Source of the DNA: Octopus sinensis
Lineage: Eukaryota
Direction of reading: 5' to 3'
Assembly (NCBI RefSeq): GCF_006345805.1
Contig: NC_042997.1
Coordinates: forward strand, 203,298,001-203,362,000
DNA: 64,000 nt
The position numbers and the translations under genes are program-made. Numbering within the stretch: position 1 is the first letter of the stretch; each line of letters begins with the position of its first letter. The notes under the pieces were generated by a model. The model was not told where the DNA came from, did not search any database, and saw nothing but the letters and a program-made list of their open reading frames with translations. This document shows, piece by piece, positions 13,873 through 27,519 of the stretch.

Positions 13873-14879
13873 AACAAACAGAGCTATGCAGCAAAGAAGT
13901 CCGTTTTGCAAGCATCTGATTATAGATTCAGTAAGTGACTTCTACTATAGCCCACAGGCTGTCCAATACCTTCTGAGTGGATTTGATGAATAGAAGATTT
14001 GTGGAAGCCTGTTTTGTGTGTGTGTGTGTGTGTGAGTGAGAGAGAGTGTGTGTGTGTCTCTCTCTCTCTCACTACTTAATCAGTGATGGCTTGTTTGCAT
14101 TCCTGTAACTAGTAGAGTAAGTACCAGGCTTAAGAAGAGAAATAAATACTGGAATCAATTTATTCAACTAAACCATTCAATGCAGTGCCCCAACAAGGCT
14201 GCAATCCAATGACTGAAACAAAAATATACATCATCATTTAATGTTTATCTTCCATGGGATGGGCAGTTTTGACAGGATCCAATAAACCCAAGGATTACAT
14301 TAGGCTCCACTGCATTCTTTGGCATGGTTTCCATGACCGTTTGGCCCTTCCTAATGCCAACCACTTTATAGCATGTACATTGGTGCAATTTTTCATGCCA
14401 TCAGCACAATTGAAGTCATTAGGCAGCATCCAAGACTACAAACCCAGAGAGAAGCAACTTCATGCTAAACAATAAGAAGTAAAAGTACAAGAGAAGAAGG
14501 CAGAGCCAAATAGATCTGTTTCACTTTCGAACCACAAAGTTTTGGCTTCAGGCCTACTGCACAGCACTTTGACCAAAGCTTTGTGAGTGGATTTGGTAGA
14601 TAGAAATCAAAAGAAGCCCATCACCTGTGTGTGAGTATGTTTGTTTACTTTTACTCTTCTCTGAAAATTGCTGGGCTACAAACTGTGACATTAATGTTGT
14701 TTCTCCTGTCAAATTATTCACTGGCTTTGCAGACATCTCTTATTATAATATGGAATAAAAGATTTTTTACATGCAGAACTTGCAAGGGTTAGCAATAGGC
14801 AGAGTATCCAGCAGTATTCATCTAACCCATGCTAGAATGCAAAAAAAAAAGATATAAAAAAAAGAAGAAAAACAAATGT

Positions 14880-14880
<1 letters not shown>

Positions 14881-14930
<50 letters not shown>
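14881..14930. repeat. (TA)n microsatellite
   Basis: Directly visible. Confidence 0.95.
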
Positions 14931-14935
<5 letters not shown>

Positions 14936-15486
14936 CATTGCTTTAATGTCCACTTTTCTATATGCTAGCATGGTTTGGAGTTTAAGGAGGCAGATTTTCT
15001 ATGGCTGGATGACCTTCCTGTCGACAACCCTCACCTCTTTCGAAGTGCACACACACACACACACACACACAAGTGTCATAACAGATTTGAGTTAAGGACA
15101 TAACTAGGTATACATATCAAGAAGATATGAAGTAAAAGTTTCTATAACTTTTTTTTTTTACTGTGCTATTTGAATCTATCATTCTATACAGATTCCACAG
15201 GAAGGACTGTCTAACATGAGGAGGTTAAACAGCCCATCAACTATATTGTTATGGAAATAATATCATCATTTAACATCTGTCTTCTATGCTGGCATGGGCT
15301 GGACAGTTTGTCAGGATCTGGTAAGCCAGAGAGGTGTAACTCCTTGGCTGGGAGATGTAGTGGTACTAAGAGAGGTAGCTTTGTGCCAGTTGAGAGTTTA
15401 AAGTATAACTGAGGGAAATAGGTGTCTTACTATAGGGGAGATACTTGGTTACCCCAGGAGGAAAAGAAACAAGAGGAAGGACTGTC

Positions 15487-15525
<39 letters not shown>

Positions 15526-15961
15526 GAAATAGATGGTGTTGGATTTATATATAAATAAACCTCAATTCTGTTGCTGATTAAGATATTTCACTTTTCCACA
15601 TATTTCAGCCACCTAAGATTAATTGCTTTATGCTCTTTGATTTCTTGGATGTCTGACAGCATTGTGGACGGTGATAATGATGACAGAATGATAATGACAA
15701 GGACAATATGAAATGTGTTAACAAACAAATACTTTCTGATAATATGATTTCATATCTAGCTTGCTGTGCTGAATGCAATAGTAATAATCAAGATGTCTTA
15801 TTCAGTGTCCAGTCTGCTTTAGGTGTGTATCTGGCAGTTTTAGTGATAAGTTCAATGTTTACATGTAATGATGATGGACTTAAACAGAAGAGAATGGCTA
15901 TAATTTCTTAAAAGGATACATTCACAAGAGATCAAAAAGATTTATAAGAACCTGAATTGTC

Positions 15962-15992
<31 letters not shown>

Positions 15993-17799
15993 CAGCAAGA
16001 AAACAGAACCATCAATAACACTTTGCATATGTGCCTAATATCATATTCAATTATATACCTAACATTTTATATAAGGCGTATATTTAGTGTATCTGGTATT
16101 GATTATTTTGACCTAAGTAATGAGAGAAACAGTTCAATTCCCAATTAGAACATTTCTCGTTCATGTCAGGGAAGCCAATAATGCTGTTGCATCCCTTTAT
16201 GTCTATATGAGAATCAATAGTGAAACACTTCACTTGTAATACATTGTTAATGTCCTTACATTATAAGAAAAAGTCTCATCATCAAGGAGGTAAGACATAG
16301 AAATGGAAACAATGAATAAAATCCTAACAGAATTTTAATCCTATCTTCTTCCCTGCTAAATAAACTTGTCTTCACTAAATTTATTTCAAAGTCTCTTGAA
16401 CCTGAACTTAACTCTCACACCTGGAACTTTCACAACTGGAATTTTTTAAATTCTTCAACTGATACAGTTATGAGAACTGGGTTAATAGCATACAGAATTC
16501 TCCATGAACAACCAGTCCTTAACTTCCTCTGTTACAGCCTGGGGAACTACAATAAACAAGAGTGAGAACCAAGCATTAATAGACCTCAACCTGCATGCTA
16601 AATTCCTAATCAAACATGGGACTAACTATGCTGATGGCATCACTCTACTTGACTTACAGCAATCTTGTATGTGACCACCAGACAAAAGAGTGAGATTCTG
16701 TTAGAGATCCTCTCTAGAACAACAACTTGCAGGTGTAGCAACTTGTTCTTTGCTAAGAACTTCTATAGTAGTCTCCCTAGGAAGAGGGGCATCAGTCAGA
16801 CCCCCAAGTGCATCTCATCTAAGAGGATCCCCCACCCCTCCAATTAAGTATGCTATCACTTTCACAACAACATACATTATAGTAACATATTGTAACTTTG
16901 TATGCCTTAGTACAGAAAAGGCTGGAATCAAACTTTCTAATCATCCTTTCCAGAGAGATAAGATACAAGCCAGTAATTATTTAACCTCCTCCCTCTTTCT
17001 CTTCTTCTTAAAATTTCTCTTGAAATTGGAGAAGAAATTAAATGAACAATTATCAAAAATTTAACTGACCCAGTCGATTGAGATCAATAAACTATCAGAT
17101 TGAAATAAGTCCTTGGTTCGATATGACCAACTTAAAACCTTACAAAACAGTCCTCCAGCATGGGCACAGTCCAGTGAGTGAAATCAATAGATGAGTAATA
17201 GGGTACAATCACATTAAGTTTCACCGAATTTTGTTTCTTTGCTCTTTTGTTCCAAGTTAAACTTCTACCAGATCAACTGTCTCTAATCCCTCAAAGAAAT
17301 TCTAGAAACCTGTACTAATTATTATATATACATTGTGCAATTTTAAAGGAAACGATATTTATGTAGGGAATATGGCTTCATGTTGGAACTACTTCACTTA
17401 AATTACTATCGCCCTTGAGGAAAACAAATTAAGTTAAAATTATATCATTTCTAAGAACTCTCACAGTAAATACATATAAAATGAAATGTTGCTATGGTTT
17501 CTTTAAGTAGAGGAGGATCAATGAAATCAAAGAAGTTAATAGATCATTTATGTGTACTGTATAAATGGTTAAGAATAGATTGCTGTGTGTTGAAAAGTCT
17601 GCTTTGCAACCATGTAGTTTCAGACAGTCCCATTATGTAGCATCTTGGATAACAGTCTTCTACAATGGCCCTTGAACTAACCAATGCCTTCTGAATGAAT
17701 TTGGTAAAAGAGAAACTGCAGGATGCCTGTTATGTGTATCATCATTTTACATCCGTTTTCCATGCTTGCATTGAGTAGGATGATTTGACATTGACCCTC

Positions 17800-18335
17800 A
17801 TTGCTGGTATTTTATTTTATCAACACTGAAAGAATGAAAGGCAAAGTTGACCTTGGTGGAATTGAAACTTAAAACACAAGGAGTCATAAAAATTGCCCCT
17901 TAACATTTTGTCAAAAATCCTAATGATTCTGCCAGCTTGTTTGTCTTATGGGTTCAAATTTTGGAGGGGGCAAGTCAATTACATTAACCCCAATACTTCA
18001 CTTGTACTTTATTGAACCCAAAAGGATGTAAGGTAACATGAACCTCAGTAGAATTTGAACTCAGAACAAAAAGAGCTAAAAGAAATGCTAAGTATTTTCT
18101 CTGACACACTGATCACCCTACCAGCTCACTACCTTAATAATAATGGTTTCAAATTTTCAAGACTAGAAATTTGGATGGAAGGAGGTTAATCAATCACATC
18201 ATTGCCAATGGTCAATTGGTATTTATTTTATTAATCCTGAAAAGGTGAATGGCTAAGTCAATCTCAACCGTGTAAGAGTGGAAGAAATGCCACTAAAAAT
18301 TTTGTCCAACTTGCTCATGATCCTGCCTGTAAGCC
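17800..18335 (-). mobile_element. Three head-to-tail SINE copies (same family as 6220-6670)
   Basis: Repeated GAATGAAAGGCAAAGTTGACC / GGATGTAAGG / AAAGGTGAATGGCTAAGTCAA blocks at roughly 200-bp spacing. Confidence 0.6.
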
Positions 18336-20442
18336 ATCATAATAAAAATACTGTTAACTTGTATCAGAATTATCTACTGTCTTCAGCAGATGTTTTAAAT
18401 CAGAACTAAATTGGAGATGTTCTATTGTTCCTCAGAAGCCTTCAGTATTTGTCCAACACCATTAAATCAACACTGGCAAATCATAAAGTATTACTAAGGA
18501 ACCAATAACAAATATAAAATAAATAAACGACAATCTAAACACTATAAACGATTCCAGATGTTTCACAGAATACATCAAATATAAAGTTAAAAAAAAAATA
18601 ATCAACAGTCAATTCTTGAAACATACAACTATTTCTGGACTTTATTTCTTTATTAGTGATTAATATTAGGAAGGAAAAAATTGCTCTTCCTTGCCTGTAA
18701 TGAAAAAAAACTAACACTTTATGAATGAAAAAAGTGTTTCCATTTCTGAAAAGCAAAAGCACAAAATAAATTTGATATGAAAGACACTGAAAACAGAATC
18801 AATTATGTTTTTGATATTTGAATGGATATCTTTTCACATTAGCAGGGGAAATTTAACTAAAAGATATTTTCAATCAAAACTTAACAACCTAGCTAAGAAG
18901 GAGGCCATTTGCTCAACCTGCAAGAAATAGCAGCCAAATTTCTCTAAAATTACACCCTGATGATTTAAATAAGGATAGATATATTGGATCATGTTCCTGA
19001 TACATTAGGTTTGAAAATAAATCAGGATGGTCATGGTTATAATCACAGACCAACTCAACTGGAAGAGACCTAGAGCTAAGAACAGCTACCTAAATAAAAT
19101 GTATAAATATAACAGATGATAGATCAGAAATTATTCTTGAACCTGTTCCCAAGACAAACACAAATTATTGTTGCTTAACATACTAACCCAAAGCCAAAAC
19201 AAAACTTACTTTCTAATCTGTAGCTAATGTCGGGGTGTGGAGTGATTTTAAACAAAAAAAAAAACTCATTTTACTATTAATTAAATTTTTCATTGAATGA
19301 CAAAGTCAATCAGATGAATGACTGGATTGTTGCTTTTAAATCAAATATACAAGTCACTTTTTTGAATTACAAAAATTAAAGGACAGAACAAGATGGTACT
19401 AGAGGCAGTAGATTTAAAGAAGCTAGTAACCCTACTGCAAAGAAATAGAATTCAGTGTCAAGTCTATAATATATATCTATTACATTGTAGATTATTCCCC
19501 ATGGAAACAAGAGGAAGTCGAAAAGATACTAAGAACCATCAAATACTGGGAAGTTAAATTTTCACAAGATTTCTAATAGAAAACCAAAATAGTTATATAC
19601 TATCATATACTTAGTGTATGTCAGTAGGGGGGACAGCTTAGTTAAAAGTATAGCTTAATAGCTATAAAAGTAAATACACTGCAGTAATTTACTATCTGTT
19701 CAGATTTTGAATTGTTAGCCACAAAAAAATATTTAAAACTAAGCATTAGTTGATCTATCAAGCCTGGAAAGATGTAGAATTCATAATCTGCAATGCCAGA
19801 CAATAAACCAGTTATTGCTATGTATCTAATCCAGTTTTCTATTAAATTATACTCCTGACTAAACTGCTATACTCCTAAACAACAGAATGGTTTGAAATAA
19901 TGGACTATAAATGATTATCCAGTCAAAAGTTGAAATAGAGATTGTTCGTTCCTAACTTAATGGACAACTCAACATCATACAATGCAGAGTAGATAAATGA
20001 AAAACTACCAAAGGATATTAAGGTGAAGACCCTGAAGAAACTGCACCAGTATTATAGTAGGGTTGCAATTTCAACGGTTACTAATCAGTGCAGTTGAAAC
20101 ATGTGTAGGTCTATGTAAATCTGTATGTATATCAAAAGAATTAAAGGTAATGCTGTGCAACTTTGTAATAATCCTTATCATTGTTGTTGTTAGTATATAT
20201 TCCAGGAAGCCTATATGGTTAAGGTAATATATTTAGAATTATCTAATGAAATATATCTCAAAATTCTTATCTTATAAGAACATTATTGGATTTATATATT
20301 ACCTGCTGAATAACCTATTTTGAATACCTAACTGAGCGTGAACCAGTAAATGTTTTAGGGTAATTCCTTACTATTGACAAATAAATATATATATACCACT
20401 AGAATAAGAATAGACTGGGCAAAGTTCAGAAAGCTTCTACCC

Positions 20443-21231
20443 CTACTGGTGACAAAGGGCCTCTCGCTCAGAGTGAAAAGTAGATTGTATGATGCATATG
20501 TGTGAACTGCCATGCTTCATGGCAGTGAAACATGGGCTGTGACTGCTGAGCTGGATGTGTAATGTCAGTGTGCACACACGACAGAGTTTAAGTGCCTTGA
20601 GAGAAATGTTAGACATAAGAAGCATTGAATGTGGCATGCAAGAGAGACGTTTGCATTGGTATGGTCATGTACTAAGGATGGATGAGGAGAGCTGTGTGAA
20701 GAAGTGCCACTCTCAAACAATGGAATGAATCTGGGGTAGAGGGAGACCTAGGAAGACAAAGGGTGAGGTGGTGAATATGACCTTCGAACGTTGGGCCTCA
20801 CAGACGCAATGACAAAAGACAGACCTCTGGAGGTATACTGTGACTGAAAAGACCCGGCAAATAAAGTGAGTCCACAGCTGTAACCTACACCAGTGTACCT
20901 TGGATCATAGGGCAACATGCCTTGCTTGAGGAGACCTATTGAGTCAAGTACATCAACATCAAGAGCAATATCAAAATCAAATCAAATGGAAATTGTAGAT
21001 GTGAGACCTGTGCCAGTAGCACGTAAAAAGCACCATCCGAACATGGTCAATGCCAGTGACACGTAAAAAGCATCCACTACACTCTCTGAGTGGTTGGCTT
21101 TAGGAAGAGCATCCAGCTGTAGAAATACTGCCAGATCAGATTGGGACCTGGAGCAGCCTCCTGGCTTCCCAGACCCCAGTTGAACCGTCCAACCCATGCC
21201 AGCATGGAAAATGGAAGCTAAACGATGATGA
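20443..21231 (+). mobile_element. 5'-truncated RTE (BovB-like) LINE: ORF C-terminus plus 3'UTR
   Basis: Plus-strand LVTKGLSLRVKSRLYDAYV*TAMLHGSETWAVTAE, then WYGHVLRMDEESCVKKC and GRGRPRKT; ends AACCCATGCCAGCATGG...GATGATGA. Confidence 0.85.
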
Positions 21232-21244
21232 GATTATATATATA

Positions 21245-21639
21245 CTAGCAGTATCGCCCGGCGTTGCTCGGGTTGTAAGGGAAATAACTATATAAGCATT
21301 TTTAGAGAGTTATAGCCAAAAAATAGCAAAAAAATGCATTAAAAATTGAAAAAAAATTAAGGTAAATTTTTTTTAAAATCGTTGACACATCGTAGATATT
21401 TTTAGAGAGTTACTTCCCTTATATAAAAGCGAAAAAAATGCATTAAAATGGAAAAATATGATGGTAAATTTTTTTTAAATCGTAGACTCATCGTAGACGC
21501 GCGCTAATACCCAGAAGGGCTCGATATGAATCACGACTATAAGATACCGGCTTTTGGTTAAACTGCACCGCAAAATGTGGGAGTAGTTACGAATCTAAAT
21601 CGTAGGAGAGAGACACACAACTTCACTCTTATATAAAGA
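21245..21639 (-). mobile_element. Non-autonomous Helitron (family A), complete
   Basis: On the minus strand it starts TCTTTATAT and ends with a GC hairpin CCCGAGCAACGCCGGG followed closely by CTAG then T. Internal ~120-bp duplication. Confidence 0.8.
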
Positions 21640-21640
21640 C

Positions 21641-21965
21641 GCTTTTTTTTTTCAGTCATAGAGTTAGATTTATGAAGGTCTTCAGTAGAAAATCCTTCGA
21701 ATTCTGACTCGCTGCTTGATATAATGAAATTCGTATCCATTTTTTGTCAGAATTACAAATTTTGAAAACACAATAGGAACAAATTTCGGAAAAAAATCTC
21801 CCATAATTCACGGAATTAAAATTACACTTCGATTTTTGTACAAAACTGTATTTGAAGTGTTTACGAAGTATAATACGTGTTTTCACGAATGTACTAAAGA
21901 GATTTACTCTGATATTCTCATTTAAATATGAATAGGTAAATTCGGGCGGTTTGGTAACGAAAGGG
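21641..21965 (-). mobile_element. piggyBac 5'-end fragment (TIR plus transposase start)
   Basis: Nearly identical by eye to 47980-48350, with terminus GGTAACGAAAGGG at 21965 and MDTNFIISSSESEFEGFSTEDL starting at 21740. Confidence 0.85.
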
Positions 21966-22419
21966 TTTATATAAGTGTCGTCTGTTTATACATAAACGCT
22001 GTTTCATACTTTCAGTTTAGTCTTCCTCAAATCACTCTGTCGCTATTTACTCTCTTCCAAGAACATTTTCACTCACTCTTATCTCTTAGCTTGCCATACA
22101 TTTTACTCATGTATCTATCAGCGTGATAGACAGAAACAAATATTACATCTAGTTTCACTTTATTCGTTGCACACTGTGTGTGTGCGTTTGCATGTGCTGT
22201 AAACCAGACTAAGAAAAGCATTTGACATACACACCAGAATGTGAGTTTTCTGTAAATTTTGCTTAATTGGAGTTTAAATTTTAAAAACTGGACCTGGCAA
22301 AACCCGATGCATTCTACTCTTAAAAATGCTAGGTAAATTGTAATTGAAGAAATCCTATATTGTAGATTTCTATAACTGACAAAGGGAGGCAGATAAAATC
22401 TGCCTTTTATAATAAGAGA
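21966..22419 (-). mobile_element. 5' part of a second Helitron-like element (family B)
   Basis: Minus strand starts A|TCTCTTATTATAAAA (5'-TC after A) followed by a GGCAGATTTTATCTGCC palindrome. It has no 3' CTAG/hairpin end of its own before the piggyBac fragment. Confidence 0.55.
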
Positions 22420-22426
22420 TATAATT

Positions 22427-22830
22427 ATCATTTAATGTCTGCTATCCATGCTGGCATGGGTTGGACAGTTTGACTGAGGACTGGTGAGCCAGAGGCTGCA
22501 CCAGATTCGATCTGGTCTGACAAAGTTTCTACAGCTGGATGTCCTTCCTAATGCCAACCACTCCGAGAGTGTAGTGGGTGCTCTTTACCAGCATGAGGGC
22601 CAGTCAGGTGGTTCTGGCAATGACTACGCTCACAAGGTGTTTTTACATGCTACCTGCACAGAAGCCAGTCCGGCAACACTGGCAACGACCATGCTCGAAT
22701 GTTGTTTTTCACATGCCACCAGCACATGTGCCAGTAAGGCAGCACTGGCTATGACCCTGCTCAAATGGTGCTTTCCACATGTCATTGGCACTGGAGCCAA
22801 TCCGTGGCCCTGGCAACGGTCACACTATAT
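22427..22830 (-). mobile_element. RTE 3'UTR copy in inverse orientation
   Basis: TCATTTAATGTC...CCATGCTGGCATGGGTTGGACAG is the reverse complement of the RTE tail; degenerate ~58-bp units follow. Confidence 0.7.
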
Positions 22831-23310
22831 ATATACTAGATATATAACATATGCTATAGGTGCAAGCATGACTATGCATGGGAATATGGTTAAGAAATTT
22901 GCTGCCCAATGATGTAGTAGCAGGTTCAGTCCCATGGCATGACACTTTGAGCGAGTATCGTCTATAACAGCCCTGGCACATCCAAAGCTTCATGAGTAGA
23001 TTTGGTAGATGGAAAGCAGTCCATAGTGTGTGTGTACCTTTGTCTTGACATCACATATTGGTTGTAAATAAATATCATCTTATAATGCCATCTCCCATGA
23101 AGAACCTGTCAAGCTATGGGAAATATTACCTTCCTTGGAAACAAAGAGGGCAGCTGGCCATAGAAACTTTGCCTCAACAAATTTTGTCCAATCCAGGCAT
23201 GCCTGTAAAAATGGACATATGATGATGATGATTTCAGTAATAACATATACAGCAGTATATAATTAACATACTGAAAAATAATTGATCTTAATCAGAAATA
23301 TGAATGGTTC

Positions 23311-23706
23311 GAGTGACTGTGTGGTAAGTAGCTTGTTTACCAACCACATGGTTCCGGGTTCAGTCCCACTGCATGGCAACTTGGGCAAGTGTCTTCTACT
23401 ATAGCCTCGGGCCAACCAAAGCCTTGTGAGTGGATTTGGTAGACGGAAACTGAAAGAAGCCCGTCGTATATATGTATGTATATGCATGTGTGTGTTTGTG
23501 TGTCTGTGTTTGTCCCCCTAGCATTGCTTGACAACCGATGCTAGTGTGTTTATGTCCCTGTTACCTAGCAGTTCGGCAAAAGAGACCGATAGAATAAGTA
23601 CTGGGCTTACAAAAGAGTAAGTCCCGGGGTTGAGTTGCTCGATTAAAAGCGGTGCTCCAGCATGGCCGCAGTCAAATGACTGAAACAAGTAAAAAAGAGT
23701 AAAGAG
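23311..23706 (+). mobile_element. tRNA-headed CORE-type SINE, best-preserved copy
   Basis: A-box-like TGTGGTAAG, B-box-like GGTTCAGTCCC, CORE-like CTTGGGCAAGTGTCTT, internal (TG)n and a GAGTAAA-repeat tail. Many degraded copies elsewhere in the window. Confidence 0.75.
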
Positions 23707-25069
23707 TTGATTCCACCACAGCAACATCCTACAAGAGTACAAGATAACATGATCATGTTTAACAGCAATAAAATAACCTCACTTACATATCAAAGAAACC
23801 TAGACTAATTCACACACACTATTCAGATATAATTCAGATAGCCATCACACACTTAAAAATCACCAGAAAATACCTCAGTATTAAACTGCTGATGACTCTA
23901 AACATGGCACTAGTGTGCCTCATACAACATCAACTTCTCAATGCCAGTATGCACCCCCATACACCACCAGTATACACTACCATATACTGCAATATATTCT
24001 AAATACTGCAATATATTCTAAAAACTGCCACTATATATTTTTGTATGCTGCCATACATATTTCTATACACTTACAATATACAGAACCATAAAAAAAAGTA
24101 TTTACCTCAACATCAAAGAGCCAGCATAAAAGATAAAATAAACAAACTCAGATATGAATGTCCATAAAACAGTATTTTTAAAACTAGATGGAATTGATGA
24201 AAAACAGATTCTAAGTTCTGTTCTGCTAAAGTTTGGCAACCATGCTCTCAGTTCCAATTAGCATTAAAGTAGAATGATGTTATGTTCTTTCATACTTGAA
24301 AAGAGTAAAAACAATAAAAAAACATAACAGTTATCTATGTTTTCAAGGAAATATCAGGAACTATTAAACAGAAATTTAAAATTGCTTTTAAAAAAATATA
24401 CAAGACTGAATGATGACGACAATGATGATGAATACAATTGGAGTGAGGAAAACAAAGAGTCCACCTTCAGTCCAAATTATGCTGTTTATGTAAGATTCAC
24501 ATTTTACCAAAGATAAATATTCACCATTTTCAAAAGCTCTTTCAGTTTAAAATTTTAAAAATATGTTCCAAATAATAGCCAGAGGAAATGAAAATATAAA
24601 TATCAAAATTCCTCCTAATTTCTTCTAAACTAAAGCTGAATCTTTATATTGGTATTATGTGAAATACCTTGAAAAGAAATCAAATGCTATTATCTAAAAT
24701 CCTTCTGTAAATGGTTTCTCTCATCTTTTGAAGTATAGTAAAGACTTACGTTACAGCAATCTAATCATAGATATTTATCTCCAGAAGAGGTAGTCAGTCA
24801 TATTGCTTACAAAAGGTGATTTTAGAATATTCTTCTCAGAAGAAATCAAACATTTTCCTAAATGTGGTCAAATTATAAATTTTATATAATTAAAAAAAAA
24901 TGAATACTCTCTATTTAATAAAAAAATCCCAACATTTCTATTATATTTTACCAATAATTTTTCCTTAATTCAACTCATAATTAGTGATATTTCTCCACCA
25001 CTAACTCTACAAAAATGACTGCTTTATTTCCCTCTAACAGATTTGTATTTGACTTTCCATACATCATCC

Positions 25070-25430
25070 TATGATGTTCCTGGACATAGTGATTTTTCCT
25101 GTGAGCATTAAGCATTTCAGGTCTTTCAAAAATCAGATACTCTTACCCAGGTAACATAGCCTGGGCTGATCAAGCCCTAGCTAGTGTGTCCAGTTAGCAC
25201 TACTCCTGGTAGCATTGCTCCTTCCAGGACTTTCACCTCTTGATCTACAGCCACCTTGGGGCAACTTCTACCTCCACAGCCAACTTAATAGCTTCCCCTG
25301 CAAAGCCCAGCATGTTGTAAACTCTGCAGAGGAACTGGCCTACAAATCCTCTGCATCCCACCTTGATGGGATCACACCTTGTTTGCCACCAATTACTTTG
25401 GCATTAGATCCTTCAATGGAACAGTTATAA
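25070..25430 (-). mobile_element. HERO-like (R2 superfamily, restriction-like endonuclease) LINE 3' fragment
   Basis: Minus-strand frame 25403-25224 reads CQSNWWQTRCDPIKVGCRGFVGQFLCRVYNMLGFAGEAIKLAVEVEVAPRWL*IKR*KSW, matching the HERO C-terminal P(I/V)EVGCRGF...SRWLW.KR signature. Confidence 0.75.
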
Positions 25431-27519
25431 AACTTTACTGAAAAGAACTGGTTGACTAAGTTACTGAACTAAATTTATAGAAATTTTAATAAAGCAAATA
25501 ATACAAGCCAGATTCAAGATCATTTTAGATATCAAATCTCTTCAAACTAATATTTGACATAAATTTCAGGTACAAGCTCAAAGTTAACAAATAATGACAA
25601 ATTTGCATCAAATTCACATCCCCTTAAATATCATTTATTTTTTAATAGCTATGTCAGAATTGAGACTCCAATGCCTGCTGTTCCACATGCCACCAACCGT
25701 GTAGATCAATTTAAATACAAAGAAAGAACTAGTTTTGCAACAATTTATGAAAAATAGAACAAATTCCAGTGAACAGAAATGAGATATATTAATCTTACCG
25801 TAGTCTATTTTAGTGTTTTATATCTTATTTCATAAGATATGAACCAGGCATGGGTGTGTGGTTAAGAAGCTTACTTCCCAACTATGTGGTTTCAAGGTCA
25901 ATCCTGCAAACATAGCACCTTGGGCAAAAGTCTTCAGTGATAGCCCCAGGCCAATCGAAACTTTTTGGGTGGACTTGCTAGACAGAAACTTCAAAGTTCT
26001 TATCAATCTTTTCATAGTAATAATTTAATAAACATATACTCTACTAAAAAATATTGACTAATCCATCAGTTTAATATTAAATTGTTTTTAAACGACATTA
26101 AAACAAATATTTGTGTGTCTATGTGAACCCCTGTCTTTGACATCATGTGATGGCTGTCAGGCCAACAGTGTTGATCATTTCCAGTCTCCCATGAATAATA
26201 TATTTGGCCTTGGGGAAATATTTATGTTGCTTGGAAACAGGTGAGGGCTAACAAGAAGGGCATCTGGCTATAGAAAATCTACATCAATAAATTCCATCTG
26301 ACCCATGAGGATCTCATATAATGTCTTATGGCTTTATATCACTGAATTACTAGTAGTCTTGCTAGCTTCAATATTTTTAAACAAAAATAAACAGACTTTT
26401 CCCCATACTTAATAAAAATTCAATAGCAAAATGGAATTCAACACAACAAGAAAATGAAATATGAAACATACAGTAATGAACCAGTGATGGTACCCAATTA
26501 ACAGCTGGATAGACCCAACCACAAGTCTAGACAAAGAGTTAAAGTATTGGCTGACTGCATGTCTTATATGCAACTCTCATTTAAATGACTCTAAAATATT
26601 TTAATGGCACTGTATATATTCCTTTTACATTAATATCTATTTTCAGGTCTTTTGAAATGCCTATTGTAAATGGAGGGAAAAAAACTTTGTCCCTAAAACT
26701 ACTTTTCGCTTACCACTTATTTTATAAAATGGAAAAACAATGTTAAAAAAAAAGCTTTCAGAAAATATTTTCACAGATATCAAAAAACAAAAAATTATCA
26801 AACTTTACAACATTTATTAGTTGACAACTTAAATATGACAGGAGAAATAAAATGCTAAAGAGAATGAAACATAAAATCATCATCATTTAACTTCCAAAAA
26901 ATCTTCAATCCTTTGCTACAGGGTTTCTTTCAATGGCTGAAACCAATAAAAGAGTAGGCCGTTTTTTTTTGCTGGGTTACCACCAAGTATTTTTGTCAAA
27001 ACCCTACTAATTTTATCAATCTCTAGTTACTATATTGTTAGGTTATAATGCATATTGTTAGGTTATAATGCAACATAACCACTTCTTCAGCTAGTGTAAG
27101 CACACACACACATCTACATACATAATCTGCATAGGACCCATCAGCCAAATTCCAATCACAAGTTATTGTACAAGACAAAATGACAAAGAGTGAGATCAAA
27201 CCCAGAACCATATGACTGTAAAACAAACTTCTTAACTACTGAGTCAAGCCTGCCGAGTTACAACTTTTCAAATGATAATTCCTAGAAAATAAATGAGATA
27301 AATTCTCAGAATTTAATTTACAACCTATTTATGTTTCCCAGTTAGAACTACTTCCTTTTCTTAAATAAATCCCTTTGACAAAGCTAATTAATCATACCTC
27401 ATTGTTTCTTACAGATAAAGTTCTTGGTGCACAAGGAGATCTGTTGCTTTGAGAAAGGAGCCTAGGTTTTTGCAGTTAGGGATTACTGTTGCCTTAACTA
27501 ATTCATTTTGTCATATCAA

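Noticed and set aside
23311-23390. A/B-box-containing heads as possible tRNA genes (also 28927, 43128, 52905)
   Set aside because: No complete cloverleaf, and each continues into a SINE body.
27039-27078. Short perfect tandem duplications (also about 23985-24025, 41125-41205, 62542-62590)
   Set aside because: Ordinary slippage products with no further structure.
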